Source: a bacterium (GTDB taxonomy: Bacteria; Patescibacteriota; Microgenomatia; Levybacterales; UBA12049). From it: 64,000 bases of DNA. Location: the NCBI GenBank assembly GCA_021813145.1, contig JAKALS010000003.1:105890-169889 (forward strand). The letters are read 5' to 3'. Made by a program: the position numbers and the translations under genes. Below, one piece after another: positions 8,974-18,652 of this stretch (position 1 is its first letter; every line of letters starts with the position of its first letter). Under the pieces are notes generated by a model. The model searched no databases, had not been told where the DNA came from, and saw nothing but the letters and a program-made list of their open reading frames with translations.

Positions 8974-9195
8974 CTACCCGTATTTTTTGGCACTTATAGC
9001 AGTACCTCCATGTTCGTTTCTGGGCGGAGCAACATTAAATCCCTGTACTAAAACAAGGTCCGCGATCGCTTCGTCCATTGGATAAACTATTCCTGCTCTT
9101 CCATTCGGAAATCTTACCCGTATTCCCCAATTTGGTTTGTTTCTGTCTATAAAGTCTTTTAAGCTTAAACTCAAATCAGCTTCAGGATGCTTCAT
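8974..9195 (-). CDS. Hypothetical small protein
   Basis: 73-aa ORF. No family recognised. Confidence 0.35.
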   Translation of the reverse strand: MKHPEADLSLSLKDFIDRNKPNWGIRVRFPNGRAGIVYPMDEAIADLVLVQGFNVAPPRNEHGGTAISAKKYG

Positions 9196-9417
9196 TTTTC
9201 CTCCTTCCTTTAAATTTGCTCATAAAAAAACTCCCCTGTAGGGAGTTTATGTTCGGGATGTGCTTTTCCCACATCAAAAGCGGTCCCTAAACGGGCCACT
9301 TCTTAATTAATGTAAACAGAAAGCTTTTCATTTAGCTAATCATATAAATCCGAATACCATTTGTCAACGGTTGAATTTGACAAATAATTTATTAAATGCA
9401 AAGCTAAATATAAGGAG

Positions 9418-9621
9418 GTGAGAATGATGTCTTCCAAGATGTTCTATAAGGTATCCGGAACGGTTTTTGGAATAGTCGGAATCGTCCATCTTCTAAGAGT
9501 CATTTTGGGTTGGGGATTTGTTTTAGGTCCCTATGTAATTCCTGCATGGTTAAGCCTTGTTGCTTGTGTTGCTTTGGCTTTTCTTTCCTACAGTGCATTT
9601 AAGTTGGCAAAAGTAATTTAA
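9418..9621 (+). CDS. Small two-TM membrane protein
   Basis: 67 aa with two hydrophobic helices. It is preceded by an AAGGAGGTGA RBS. Confidence 0.45.
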   Translation: MRMMSSKMFYKVSGTVFGIVGIVHLLRVILGWGFVLGPYVIPAWLSLVACVALAFLSYSAFKLAKVI

Positions 9622-9646
9622 AGACAGGCCTACGGGCAGGGAGGAG

Positions 9647-9910
9647 GTGAAAATTGTGAAAGGAAATTTATTTAGAGCAGCATTAACCGGAGGAATAGTC
9701 TGGGGTCTTACGGTTTTTTTAACCACCTGGATTAGTCTTTATTTAGGTTATGGAAAGGTATTTTTGGATTGGGTTGCAAGTATATATCCTGGCTACGGCA
9801 TAAGTGTTTTAGGCAGCTTTATAGGTCTTATATATGGATTCTTAGATATGTTCGTAGGAGTCTATATAATAGTCTGGGTATACAGACAGGTTGGTAAATT
9901 TATTAAGTAG
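9647..9910 (+). CDS. Small three-TM membrane protein
   Basis: 87-aa hydrophobic protein preceded by a GGAGGAGGTGA RBS. Probably co-transcribed with 9418. Confidence 0.45.
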   Translation: MKIVKGNLFRAALTGGIVWGLTVFLTTWISLYLGYGKVFLDWVASIYPGYGISVLGSFIGLIYGFLDMFVGVYIIVWVYRQVGKFIK

Positions 9911-10334
9911 GACTAACCCTATGGGAAAGTATTATTTCTTCCATAGACGCTAACATACGGGCGGCGACTTTAAAATCTCTTGCGCTTTGGTCGGTGTGTA
10001 TTTGGGAACTTCTTGTATCAAGGCAGACTCTTTTTATACCGCCGTCTGTATTGGCGGTAAGAGACAATTTTGAAAAAGTCATCGAGCTCTGGCCGTCTTT
10101 CTTTTCCAGTTCTCCTTCCAGAATTGCCGTTACGGTGTCCGTTCCAAAATCAAATTCGACTAAAGGAGTGCGTACGTCTCCCTGTAAAAGGTAAGTTGCG
10201 TTTCCGGTTGTAAGTGTATTTATGTAGGGCATAAGAAGGTCTTCCGCTTTTGTTTGAAAATTTAGTGCAGCGTCCACTAGCTCCGGGTCAGGAGTAAGAC
10301 TTTCGCAGGGGGGTTTTAATTCCGCTAAAGCCAT
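9903..10334 (-). CDS. Hypothetical protein (143 aa)
   Basis: Intact frame in a gene-dense context. No family recognised. Confidence 0.45.
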   Translation of the reverse strand: MALAELKPPCESLTPDPELVDAALNFQTKAEDLLMPYINTLTTGNATYLLQGDVRTPLVEFDFGTDTVTAILEGELEKKDGQSSMTFSKLSLTANTDGGIKRVCLDTRSSQIHTDQSARDFKVAARMLASMEEIILSHRVSPT

Positions 10335-10404
10335 AAATAAATTCGACTTTGGTATTATAATACTACTTTTTTATCTGTCAATAGCAAGTGATATAATCCG
10401 GAAA

Positions 10405-10818
10405 ATGCCAGAGCAGAAAGAGAAAATCGAACAAATGCCATTTGGAGTAAGACTTTCCGATTTGAACGAAGCAAGACTAGTGGACATAGAGAGTATTTGT
10501 AGAGGTATTTACGGAAGTAAAAGAGAAGATTCCGAGATAAAAAACCAATTGGAAGGATTGAATGAGCAGATAGTAAATTTCGGTTTTAAAGAATTTGAGA
10601 TTAATACTCCAAGAGGGCCTGTTAAAATTTATTGCCATGCTAAGAATTTACCTATTGGCAAGGAGAAAAGAATTGTGGCGTTTAGTTCCGCGCCTAACTT
10701 TCACCTGCATGGAGCTCTAGAAAAAGCTCTTCAGAGGGGACTCGCCGACAGATTTTCCAAAGAAGTGAGCAGTTACCTGGAGCATTCGGGAGTAGGAATT
10801 CCTCTTGAAGCCCTCTAG
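10405..10818 (+). CDS. Hypothetical protein (137 aa)
   Basis: Intact frame. No recognisable motif. Confidence 0.45.
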   Translation: MPEQKEKIEQMPFGVRLSDLNEARLVDIESICRGIYGSKREDSEIKNQLEGLNEQIVNFGFKEFEINTPRGPVKIYCHAKNLPIGKEKRIVAFSSAPNFHLHGALEKALQRGLADRFSKEVSSYLEHSGVGIPLEAL

Positions 10819-10855
10819 TTTTTTTACATAATTCTTACATTTTTCTTACGGCCTA

Positions 10856-10884
10856 TTGACATGGTTTTAGCCTTGTGTTAATAT
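10856..10884 (+). promoter_or_regulatory. Sigma70-like promoter TTGACA-17-TAATAT, candidate rRNA/tRNA operon promoter
   Basis: TTGACA is at 10856-10861 and TAATAT at 10879-10884, with a 17-nt spacer. It lies about 160 nt upstream of tRNA-Ala. Confidence 0.45.
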
Positions 10885-11043
10885 AACCGGTGTGAATCAT
10901 TCTTTCTCAGCAAGTTCTGAGAAAAGAGGACACTTTATGATGATAACTAGCAAATTGAATTTTTCAACCGCATAGCGGTTTTTTGCTGTCTTCTTAAAGC
11001 TTTCCTCTAAATTCATAGTTCTTTTAATATTTTTGTGGCTCGA

Positions 11044-11116
11044 GGGCCCGAAGTTTACCTGGTTGAACGCCTCGTTTGCAACGAGGAGGTAGGGAGTTCG
11101 ACTCTCCTCGGGTCCA
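11044..11116 (+). tRNA. tRNA-Ala (anticodon UGC)
   Basis: Manually folded cloverleaf. Acceptor GGGCCCG/CGGGTCC carries the G3:U70 Ala identity pair. Anticodon stem is CCTCG/CGAGG and the loop is TTTGCAA. T-arm is GGGAG-TTCGACT-CTCCT. Confidence 0.85.
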
Positions 11117-13290
11117 CTTGCGATTCGCCCTGAGCGAAGTCGAAAGGCTTGTTTTTTATGACAAGCTTCCTAGTAAGAGGAAGCTTTTCCTAGAGAATAA
11201 GCGAGTTGGCTCTTTGACAAGCGAAGAGAAAAACCTTATACAACGCTTTCTTTTAACTAAGAACGCGTATATAGGGTAAAGTCTCAATATAATCTACTCA
11301 TAATGCCGATAATGAATGCCTAGGAGGCTTTTGCCGAGGAAGGACGCATATGGCGGCGATACTCGTCGGGGAAGTGTCATAAACTTGTGATCCGGCGGTT
11401 TCCGAATGGGGTAACCCCCGCCTTTTGGCGGGGCCAATTATAAAATTAAGTCCGTAAGGATTTATATAGTAGTTGGCCGGGCACGGCGCGAACTGAAACA
11501 TCTTAGTAGCGCCAGGAAAATAAATCGTAGAGATTCCGTTAGTAGCGGCGAGCGAAAGCGGAACAGTCTAAACCCAGTTTACTGGGGGTTGCAGGGCAGA
11601 CGATATTCGATGTGATTTTTTCTAGCAGAAAGACCCGGAATGGTCTTCCATAGAGGGTGAAAGGCCCGTATGCGAAAGGAAAGATTCCGATAGTTTGTTC
11701 CTAAGTACCATGGGGTACGATAAAACCCTGTGGGAAGCCGGGGCGGCCACGCTCCAAGACTAAATACAAAAGCCTACCGATAGTGAACTAGTACCGCGAG
11801 GGAAAGGTGAAAAGCACCCCGGGAGGGGAATGAAATAGATCTGAAATTGTCGGCTGACAAGCAGGCAGAGCAATCGCGCTTTACGCAAGTAAAGTGTGAG
11901 GTGATGCCGTGCCTATTGAAGAATGAACCGGTGAGTTATTAATTGCAGCGTTAGTTTAATCTAGCCAAGCTAGAAAAGACAGAGTGAAAGCGTGCCCTAA
12001 CCGGGCAGTTAGTTGCAGTTAATAGACCCGAAACTGGGTGAGCTAACCTTGGGCAGGATGAACTCAATCGAAAGATTGTGGGAGGTCCGAACTCGTGGCC
12101 GCAGCAATGGCTTGAGATGACCTGAGGTTAGGGGCAATATGCCAAACGAACCCAGAGATAGCTGGTTCTCCCCGAAATATATCTTGGTATAGCGGTAGTA
12201 TTAAATACGCTGAGGTAGAGCACTGAATGGTTACCGGCGACGCAAGTTGTCGGAACCAATCAAACTCCGAATGCAGACGTATATGACTACTAGTCAGACT
12301 AGTCGGGCTAAGCTGATTGGTCAAAAGGGAAACAGCCCACACTACCGTCTAAGGTCTCTAAATAAGAGCTAAGTTTTGAACGAAGTCAAGTTTCATAGAC
12401 AACCAGGAAGTTGGCTTAGAAGCAGCCACCTTTTAAAGATAGCGTAACAGCTCACTGGAGGATGATACTTGGCGCGAAAAATTCATCGAGGATTAAGCTC
12501 TTTACCGAAGACGTAGACTTGCCGCAAGGCAATTGGTAGGGGAGCGTTCTATTTGCAGTGAAGCGGAACCGTAAGGTTTGGTGGAGCGGATAGAAGTGAG
12601 AATGCCGGTATGAGTAGCGATAGCTATGTGAGAAACATAGCCACCGAAAATCCAAGGTTTCCTCCGCAATGTAAGTCAGCGGAGGGTTAGTCGGCCCTAA
12701 GGGCGCGCCTCGTTAAAGGGGTATAGCCTGATGGATAAGTCGTTGAAATTCGACTACAGAATGTGAAGTTGCAAGGGGGTGACGAAGTTGGAAGAGTCAG
12801 GCCTGTTACGGCGGGTCTAAGCAGTAAGATAGTGGTAATCGGAAAATCCGTTATCGTGTTTAATTAAGCTGCGATGGAAAGTTCCTTAGAAATAAGGGGC
12901 GATTTGATAGCTTTCAGTTTCCGGGAAAATCCTCATTGTGTTGTCCGCAAGGATGGCTAATTCATATTTTACCGTACCGCATACCGACACAGGTGGATTG
13001 GTCGAGAAGACTAAGGTGATCGGGAGAAAGATGTTCAAGGAACTCGGCAAAAAAGCTGGGCGTAACCTATGGGAGATGCCCTGCCCCGCCAAACGGCGGG
13101 GCTACAACAAAAGTTTACTTAGCGACTGTTTATCTAAAACACAGGTCCCTGCAAAGCCGAAAGGCAAAGTATAGGGGCTGACGCCTGCCCAGTGCTGGTA
13201 AGTCAAATATCTTGAATGAAGCTCGTAAGGGTCAGTTTAGGATATAAGCTCCAGTAAACGGCAGCAGTAACTATAAAACCGGAAAGGTTG

Positions 13291-14243
13291 TTGTAGTTGT
13301 AAAAGTCGACTATATGCTGGAACACCCGTGCCGTCGTTGAAAAACGAACGGTTGAAGTATCTGACTCTACCATGATATTATGGTGATAATGAGTTCAGTG
13401 CGGAAGATCAGCAGGAAAGACTTGAAGAAGGAAAAATTAGGATTTTATTTAGCTGGATTCGTAGAAGGTGAAGGTAGTTTCAATGTTTCATTACGACGTA
13501 AAGCAGATTATAAAGTATCATGGCAAGTCGTAATGAGTTTTAATGTTTCGCAAAAAGATCCAACTCTGCTCCATATTTTAAAGAGAGAATTGGATTGTGG
13601 AATAATTAAAATAAGAAAAATTGATAACCTTTATTCATTCGATGTAACAAATCCCTCAGATATTATCCAAAAAGTTATTCCATATTTTCAAAAATACCCA
13701 GTTCTTTCAGATTCTAAAAAGAAAAACTTTTCTATTTTTTGCGATATTGCAAAGTTGATGGAAAAGGGAGAACATAGGAATTTGTCAGGACTTAAAAAGA
13801 TTTTAGATTTAAGAGAGAAATTAAATGAAGGAAAGGGAAGAAAAAGAAAATATTCGATAACAGATATCTTTCCAACTCAAGAATCCTCAGAGACTATACG
13901 TCGACCTCAAGTAAATACTTGAGATGATATAGTCCGACCTCATAGGCAACTATGAGAGACGTTAAATCGTCCACGTAACAAAAGTGAACTGTTCTATGGT
14001 AACAACTTCGTTGCCTTAGGAGTAAGTGTTTTAGAAAATCCAACTATATGCTGGAAAAACTCTGAATCCAACAGTACTTATATAAGTAATAATCTGATTG
14101 GTGGAGTAAATCAGCAGGAAAGACCCTTTAAGGGAATCCTCAGAGACTAAACGTTGGAGCTTCAGATAAATGAAGCAAGATATAGTCCGAACTTACAAGC
14201 GATTGTAAGAGTCTAGATTGTAAATCTAGGAATAACATATTAA
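13291..14243 (+). mobile_element. Intron in 23S rRNA near E. coli position ~1931 (likely group I), carrying a LAGLIDADG ORF and internal duplicated segments
   Basis: Exon sequence ...GTAACTATAAAACCGGAAAGGTTG is interrupted and resumes at GCGAAGTTCCTTGTCGGG. The insert is about 950 nt and contains ORF 13380-13922. Boundaries are accurate to roughly ±10 nt. Confidence 0.65.
13380..13922 (+). CDS. LAGLIDADG homing endonuclease, single-motif type (intron-encoded)
   Basis: The motif 'LAGFVEGEGSFNV' is present. The 180-aa size is typical of homodimeric LAGLIDADG enzymes. It sits inside the 23S intron. Confidence 0.8.
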   Translation: MVIMSSVRKISRKDLKKEKLGFYLAGFVEGEGSFNVSLRRKADYKVSWQVVMSFNVSQKDPTLLHILKRELDCGIIKIRKIDNLYSFDVTNPSDIIQKVIPYFQKYPVLSDSKKKNFSIFCDIAKLMEKGEHRNLSGLKKILDLREKLNEGKGRKRKYSITDIFPTQESSETIRRPQVNT

Positions 14244-14714
14244 GCGAAGTTCCTTGTCGGGCGAGTTCCGACCCGCACGAAAGGCAGAACGACTGAGTAA
14301 CTGTCTTGAACATCTACCCGGCGAAATTGAGATGGCCGTGAAGACGCGGCCTAGTCATACATGGACAAAAAGACCCCGGGAGCTTTACTGTAGCTTGGCA
14401 TTTGGGAGTTTATTTTAATTGTTTAGAATAGGAGGGAGCTTCGGCACCAGTGAAATACCTCTCTTTGAAATGAGCAACCATTACCTTATCGCCACATAAA
14501 AATCTGGCTAAGGAACATTGTCTGGCGGGCAGTTTAACTGGGGAGGTTGACTCCTACAGCGCAACGGAGTCGTATAAAGGTTGGCTAATTCCGGATGGAA
14601 ATCGGAATGATAGTGCAAACGCATAAGCCAGCTTGACTGCGAGACCTACAAGTCGAGCAGGTTCGAAAGAAGATGTTAGTGATCCTGTATTGCCTAGTGG
14701 TAGGCATACAGCTT

Positions 14715-14747
<33 letters not shown>

Positions 14748-14760
14748 GATCGCATCCAAG

Positions 14761-15590
14761 CGTCAAATTTGGCGCCACTCGATAGTAATATCGGGATGAA
14801 CGAATCAACTAATATCGGTGAAATCCTTTTATTATGATAGGATAATACCGAGGGAAGATAATTTGTTGTGGATACAAAATTAGCCAGAGAAGCAAGAAAA
14901 TTAAGTTTTTCTCAAAAACAACTAATGCTTGTCATTGGTTCTATTTTAGGGGACGGATATTTAGATACTACTACCAGAGGTTATGCATTGCGTATCCATC
15001 ATGGAATTGCCCAAAAAGAATACGTTGATTTTAAATATTCTCTGATAAGTAGTTTTGTAAATTCCAAACCTAAAAGAAGTGGAAATGCTTATTATTTTAG
15101 AACTGTTTCTCATCCATTATTTAGTCAATTACGAGACATTTTTTATAGTGATCGTAAAAAAGTAATTCCAAAAATATTTTTAAGGAAAAACTTTGACCCT
15201 TTTGCATTAGCAATTTGGATTATGGATGATGGAGCGGCTGATAAAAATCAATTGCGTATTAATACACAATCATTCTCATTAAAAGAGAATCTCTGGTTGA
15301 GTAAGTTTCTACAAACTAAATTTGGAATTAAATCTACAATAAATGTAGATAAAGGAAAATATCGATTGAGAATCGCAGGTTCGAGTATGAATTTGCTAAA
15401 GAAATTGGTAAATCCTTACATAATTTCAAGCATGTTTTACAAATTATCCCCGTAACGACTGATATCTCATTAAAACGAGATTGAGATAACTCATTAATTG
15501 CATTTAGCAAAAATACACGAGTTATCATATGTTGGTATCCTGAAAAGGATAAAGATATAGTCTAATTCCATAAGTAATTATGGGTTAATT
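14761..15590 (+). mobile_element. Second intron in 23S rRNA (peptidyl-transferase-centre region), carrying a double-motif LAGLIDADG ORF
   Basis: Exon ...GGGATAACAGGCTGATCGCATCCAAG is interrupted and resumes around ...CACAGCGACGATGCGGTTTGGCACCTCGATGTCGG. The insert is about 830 nt. Boundaries are approximate. Confidence 0.6.
14868..15455 (+). CDS. LAGLIDADG homing endonuclease, two-motif type (intron-encoded)
   Basis: It has two LAGLIDADG-like motifs, 'LMLVIGSILGDGYLD' and 'LAIWIMDDGAAD'. It is 195 aa and has a non-ATG (GTG) start. Confidence 0.75.
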   Translation: MDTKLAREARKLSFSQKQLMLVIGSILGDGYLDTTTRGYALRIHHGIAQKEYVDFKYSLISSFVNSKPKRSGNAYYFRTVSHPLFSQLRDIFYSDRKKVIPKIFLRKNFDPFALAIWIMDDGAADKNQLRINTQSFSLKENLWLSKFLQTKFGIKSTINVDKGKYRLRIAGSSMNLLKKLVNPYIISSMFYKLSP

Positions 15591-15606
15591 GCCACAGCGA
15601 CGATGC

Positions 15607-15647
<41 letters not shown>

Positions 15648-15855
15648 GAGAAGGTCCCAAGGGTCCGGCTGTTCGCCGGTTAAAGCGGTACGCGAGCTGG
15701 GTTCAGAGCGTCGTAAGACAGCTCGGTCTCTATCCTGTATGACCGTCGAGATTTGAGGAGAGTCGTCCCTAGTACGAGAGGACTGGGATGAGGGAATCCC
15801 TGGTGTGCCAGTTGTTTCTAATTAAGAGCATCGCTGGGTAGCTATATTCCCAACT

Positions 15856-15886
<31 letters not shown>

Positions 15887-16079
15887 AGTCTCCAAGATTA
15901 GATCTCATTGCGTAAGCATGAAACCCCTTGTAGATAACGAGGTTGATAGGCGGGCAGTAGAAGTGCCGTAAGGCATTAAGCTTACCCGTACTAATGGTTG
16001 ATAAAGTAGATTATATTAGACTTATTTTTTCTCTTCGCTTTCAAGGAGCCAAATTTAACAATTTAAAAAGAGAAATTTT

Positions 16080-16189
16080 CCGGTGATCAGAGCGGTGCGG
16101 AACCACCTCTTCCCATTCCGAACAGAGAAGTGAAACACGCCAGCGCCTACGATACTGACAATTGTTGGGACAATGGGTCATCGCCGGGA
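16080..16189 (+). rRNA. rrf: 5S rRNA
   Basis: The sequence 'CCGGTGATCAGAGCGGTGCGGAACCACCTCTTCCCATTCCGAACAGAGAAGTGAAACACGCCAGCGCCTACGATACTG...GGGTCATCGCCGGG' matches 5S consensus blocks (CCGAAC.AGAAGTGAAAC, GCGCCGATGGTA-like). The terminal helix CCGGTGA/TCGCCGG closes the molecule. Confidence 0.8.
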
Positions 16190-16226
16190 GATTTCTCTTT
16201 TTAAATTTAAGGGCTATAATCATATT

Positions 16227-16643
16227 ATGGTGCTGGAGGCTAGAGATATATCTCCCGAAGTAAGCGGGAGGCGCGAGCAAAAGTATTTTATTTGTGGTTT
16301 AGATTCTACTTCTTCGGAATTAGACAAAATGGCAAGAGTAGAAGACCCCGACAAAATTTTTCCAAGAGTTTCAGGATATGTTTTAGAGGGGGAGAGAGTA
16401 GTTTTTACCCGGGGAGACCATCGTGACCTGGAATTTTCGGGAGTTGTAGAACCTGGATATAAGAATGTATTAGCAGTCCTCTCGGTTGCAAAAAAATTTT
16501 CCGACCCAACAACTTCGGCAATCACTATTATTTCCCCATGGCAAGATATCATTGAACAAACTTTAGGTTTCCTGTCCCGAAGCCTATCTACCGATACAAG
16601 AGCAGATGTTGTAGTTGCAAAGATGCCCTTAATCGAAAATTGA
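16227..16643 (+). CDS. Hypothetical protein (about 139 aa)
   Basis: The track ORF 16173-16643 begins inside 5S, so the first Met after the 5S end (MVLEARDIS..., 16227) is taken as the start. The composition is protein-like. The overlapping minus-strand ORF is Ser/Thr-biased and looks like noise. Confidence 0.35.
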   Translation: MVLEARDISPEVSGRREQKYFICGLDSTSSELDKMARVEDPDKIFPRVSGYVLEGERVVFTRGDHRDLEFSGVVEPGYKNVLAVLSVAKKFSDPTTSAITIISPWQDIIEQTLGFLSRSLSTDTRADVVVAKMPLIEN

Positions 16644-16674
16644 CTTTCATAAGCTCCGGTAGTATATTTCGCCT

Positions 16675-16860
16675 ATGAAGCCGGAAATTAAAATCGGAAA
16701 TTTTGTAATCAGGTTAAAAGCCCCCAAAGCTCAAAAAAACTCAGAGGCTGTTTATCCGGTCCAAAGTCATTCGGAGACAGGAGAAAAGGAAGATAAACAT
16801 AATCTATCGGACGAAGAATTAAGAAAAGAATTAGAGAAGGTCCTTCATGGAAAACGGTAA
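16675..16860 (+). CDS. Hypothetical small Lys/Glu-rich protein (61 aa)
   Basis: Short intact ORF. Weakly supported. Confidence 0.25.
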   Translation: MKPEIKIGNFVIRLKAPKAQKNSEAVYPVQSHSETGEKEDKHNLSDEELRKELEKVLHGKR

Positions 16861-16915
16861 TCTTCGGGATTTTTGATTGTAAATCTGTTATATTAAAGGA
16901 ATAGAATTTATTAAA

Positions 16916-18652
16916 ATGTCTTTTAATGGGTTCAAATCTTTAATAATTAATTATCTGCCTCTTATACTTGTCCTCATTTTAGCATCAATTTTACGTCTAA
17001 TTTGGTTAAATAATGTTCCACCGGCCGTGGGAGGAGATGAATTAACTTACTTAATTACCGCAAAATCTATACTCCTCTCAGGAAGCGATATTACAGGGAA
17101 ATGGAATCCGTTATCGGTCTTTCTTTTTAATTTCCCTCCGGGGCAGGGACAGGCAGAGCTTTTGTATTTTATTCTTATTCCTTTTGTTGCTAAATTTTCT
17201 CTTTTTTGGTCAAGGTTTCCAAATGCTTTCTTTGGAGTTTTGGTTGTTTACCTTATTTATCTGATTACTTCTAAATTTTTCGGAGCGAAAGCAGGTATTG
17301 TTGCAGCTTTGGTTTCGGCTGTTAATCCGTGGTTTATTTATATTTCAAGAACGACTTATGAGATGCCTGTAGCAACATTTTTTTACTTACTTTCTTTGTA
17401 TTTTTTAATTACTTTAAAAGGAAAAAAAATATTATTTACCATCCCGGTCCTTCTTTTAGCTTTTTACTCATATATAGCAACTAAGGCGGTCTTTGTACCG
17501 TTTGTTTTTACGGCCGTTATCTATTCTTATTTTTTGGTGAACAAGAAGAAGTATAGGAAAGAATATCTATCAATTGTGATTTTCTCTGTTTTGTTATTTA
17601 TTTTCTATTTTGTCTCAATTATTGTCCATCCCGGCACCTCAAGAATAGGAGATCTGTTTACTCCGAATAATCCTGCGGTAACTAATCAGGTTAACTTTTT
17701 AAGGCACATGTCCATCTCTAATTTTTTAACGGATGTTCTTGTGAACAAATATACGGTATTTTTTACCGTCCTTTTGGTAAAGGCATTTAATATATTTTCT
17801 ACAGGATATCTATTCATAAATGGAGACAAATTTTTCTCAATTTACAATCAGGGGGTTTTTTACTATCCCGACGCAATATTTTTAATTTTAGGTCTAATTT
17901 TTGTATTTTTAAAAAACAGGAAAGTATTTTTCCTCCTTTTTTCGCTTATTCTTTTTTCTATAATTCCCCAGCTTATTTATACTGCTTCGACAGATGTATT
18001 TACCCCTCACAACACCCTTATGTTTCCCTTCTTCATTATTTTTATCGGCGTAGGTATTTATGAAACCGTTAATTATTTTAAGAATAGGAATTATTTTTAT
18101 GCTTCCTCGATTATCATTTCATTAATCTACCTTTTCTTCATTGTTAATTTTCTCAACATTTATTTTTATCAATTCCCCTTGAGGGGAAATTTCGATTTTC
18201 CGGTAAGAATAGCTTCAAAATACGCAGAACTTTCTTCCAAAAATTCGAAAGTATTTGTTTATACGGAAAGGAAAGAAGATGTTTTTAACAAGTTTTTGTT
18301 TTACTCCAATTCCCTGAATAAAAACACATACCTTACCGTAAGAAATAATATTGCCAATAAATATTACGGAATAGGGAATATAAGATTTGAGGATTGCAAT
18401 AATTCAATAAATCCGCTGAAGAATAATAACGTCATTATTTATGACGATAATTGCGGAGGTCTTAAGAGAAATGGCTTTCATCTTTCCATTTCTTCGCTTT
18501 CGGACGGAGGGGAAAATTATGAAATATTTAATGACGCAATCTGTAGCAAGTTTTATTTAAATCCGTATCCTATGGGTATAACAATAAGCGACTTTTCGAT
18601 AGAAAATATGAATGTTCGAAAATTCTGTCAGACTTTTGTTAACTCCCGCTAG
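16916..18652 (+). CDS. GT-C-fold membrane glycosyltransferase (GT39/GT83 ArnT/PMT-like)
   Basis: 578 aa with about 11-13 TM helices. The N-terminal 'PPAVGGDELTYLITAKSIL' resembles the catalytic DE-containing first loop of ArnT/PMT-family enzymes, and there is a soluble C-terminal domain. Confidence 0.6.
   Translation: MSFNGFKSLIINYLPLILVLILASILRLIWLNNVPPAVGGDELTYLITAKSILLSGSDITGKWNPLSVFLFNFPPGQGQAELLYFILIPFVAKFSLFWSRFPNAFFGVLVVYLIYLITSKFFGAKAGIVAALVSAVNPWFIYISRTTYEMPVATFFYLLSLYFLITLKGKKILFTIPVLLLAFYSYIATKAVFVPFVFTAVIYSYFLVNKKKYRKEYLSIVIFSVLLFIFYFVSIIVHPGTSRIGDLFTPNNPAVTNQVNFLRHMSISNFLTDVLVNKYTVFFTVLLVKAFNIFSTGYLFINGDKFFSIYNQGVFYYPDAIFLILGLIFVFLKNRKVFFLLFSLILFSIIPQLIYTASTDVFTPHNTLMFPFFIIFIGVGIYETVNYFKNRNYFYASSIIISLIYLFFIVNFLNIYFYQFPLRGNFDFPVRIASKYAELSSKNSKVFVYTERKEDVFNKFLFYSNSLNKNTYLTVRNNIANKYYGIGNIRFEDCNNSINPLKNNNVIIYDDNCGGLKRNGFHLSISSLSDGGENYEIFNDAICSKFYLNPYPMGITISDFSIENMNVRKFCQTFVNSR

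Noticed and set aside
9226-9250. CTCCCCTGTAGGGAG hairpin between divergent genes 8974(-) and 9418(+), considered as terminator
   Set aside because: It sits in a divergent promoter region with no upstream gene on either strand to terminate. There is only a short T-run.
11076-13174. Several 60-90-aa ORFs (11076-11279, 11298-11501, 12064-12342, 12452-12655, 12886-13092, 12938-13174) and 16041-16280 / 16220-16552
   Set aside because: They lie inside the tRNA-Ala, 23S and 5S genes. These are spurious frames in structural RNA.
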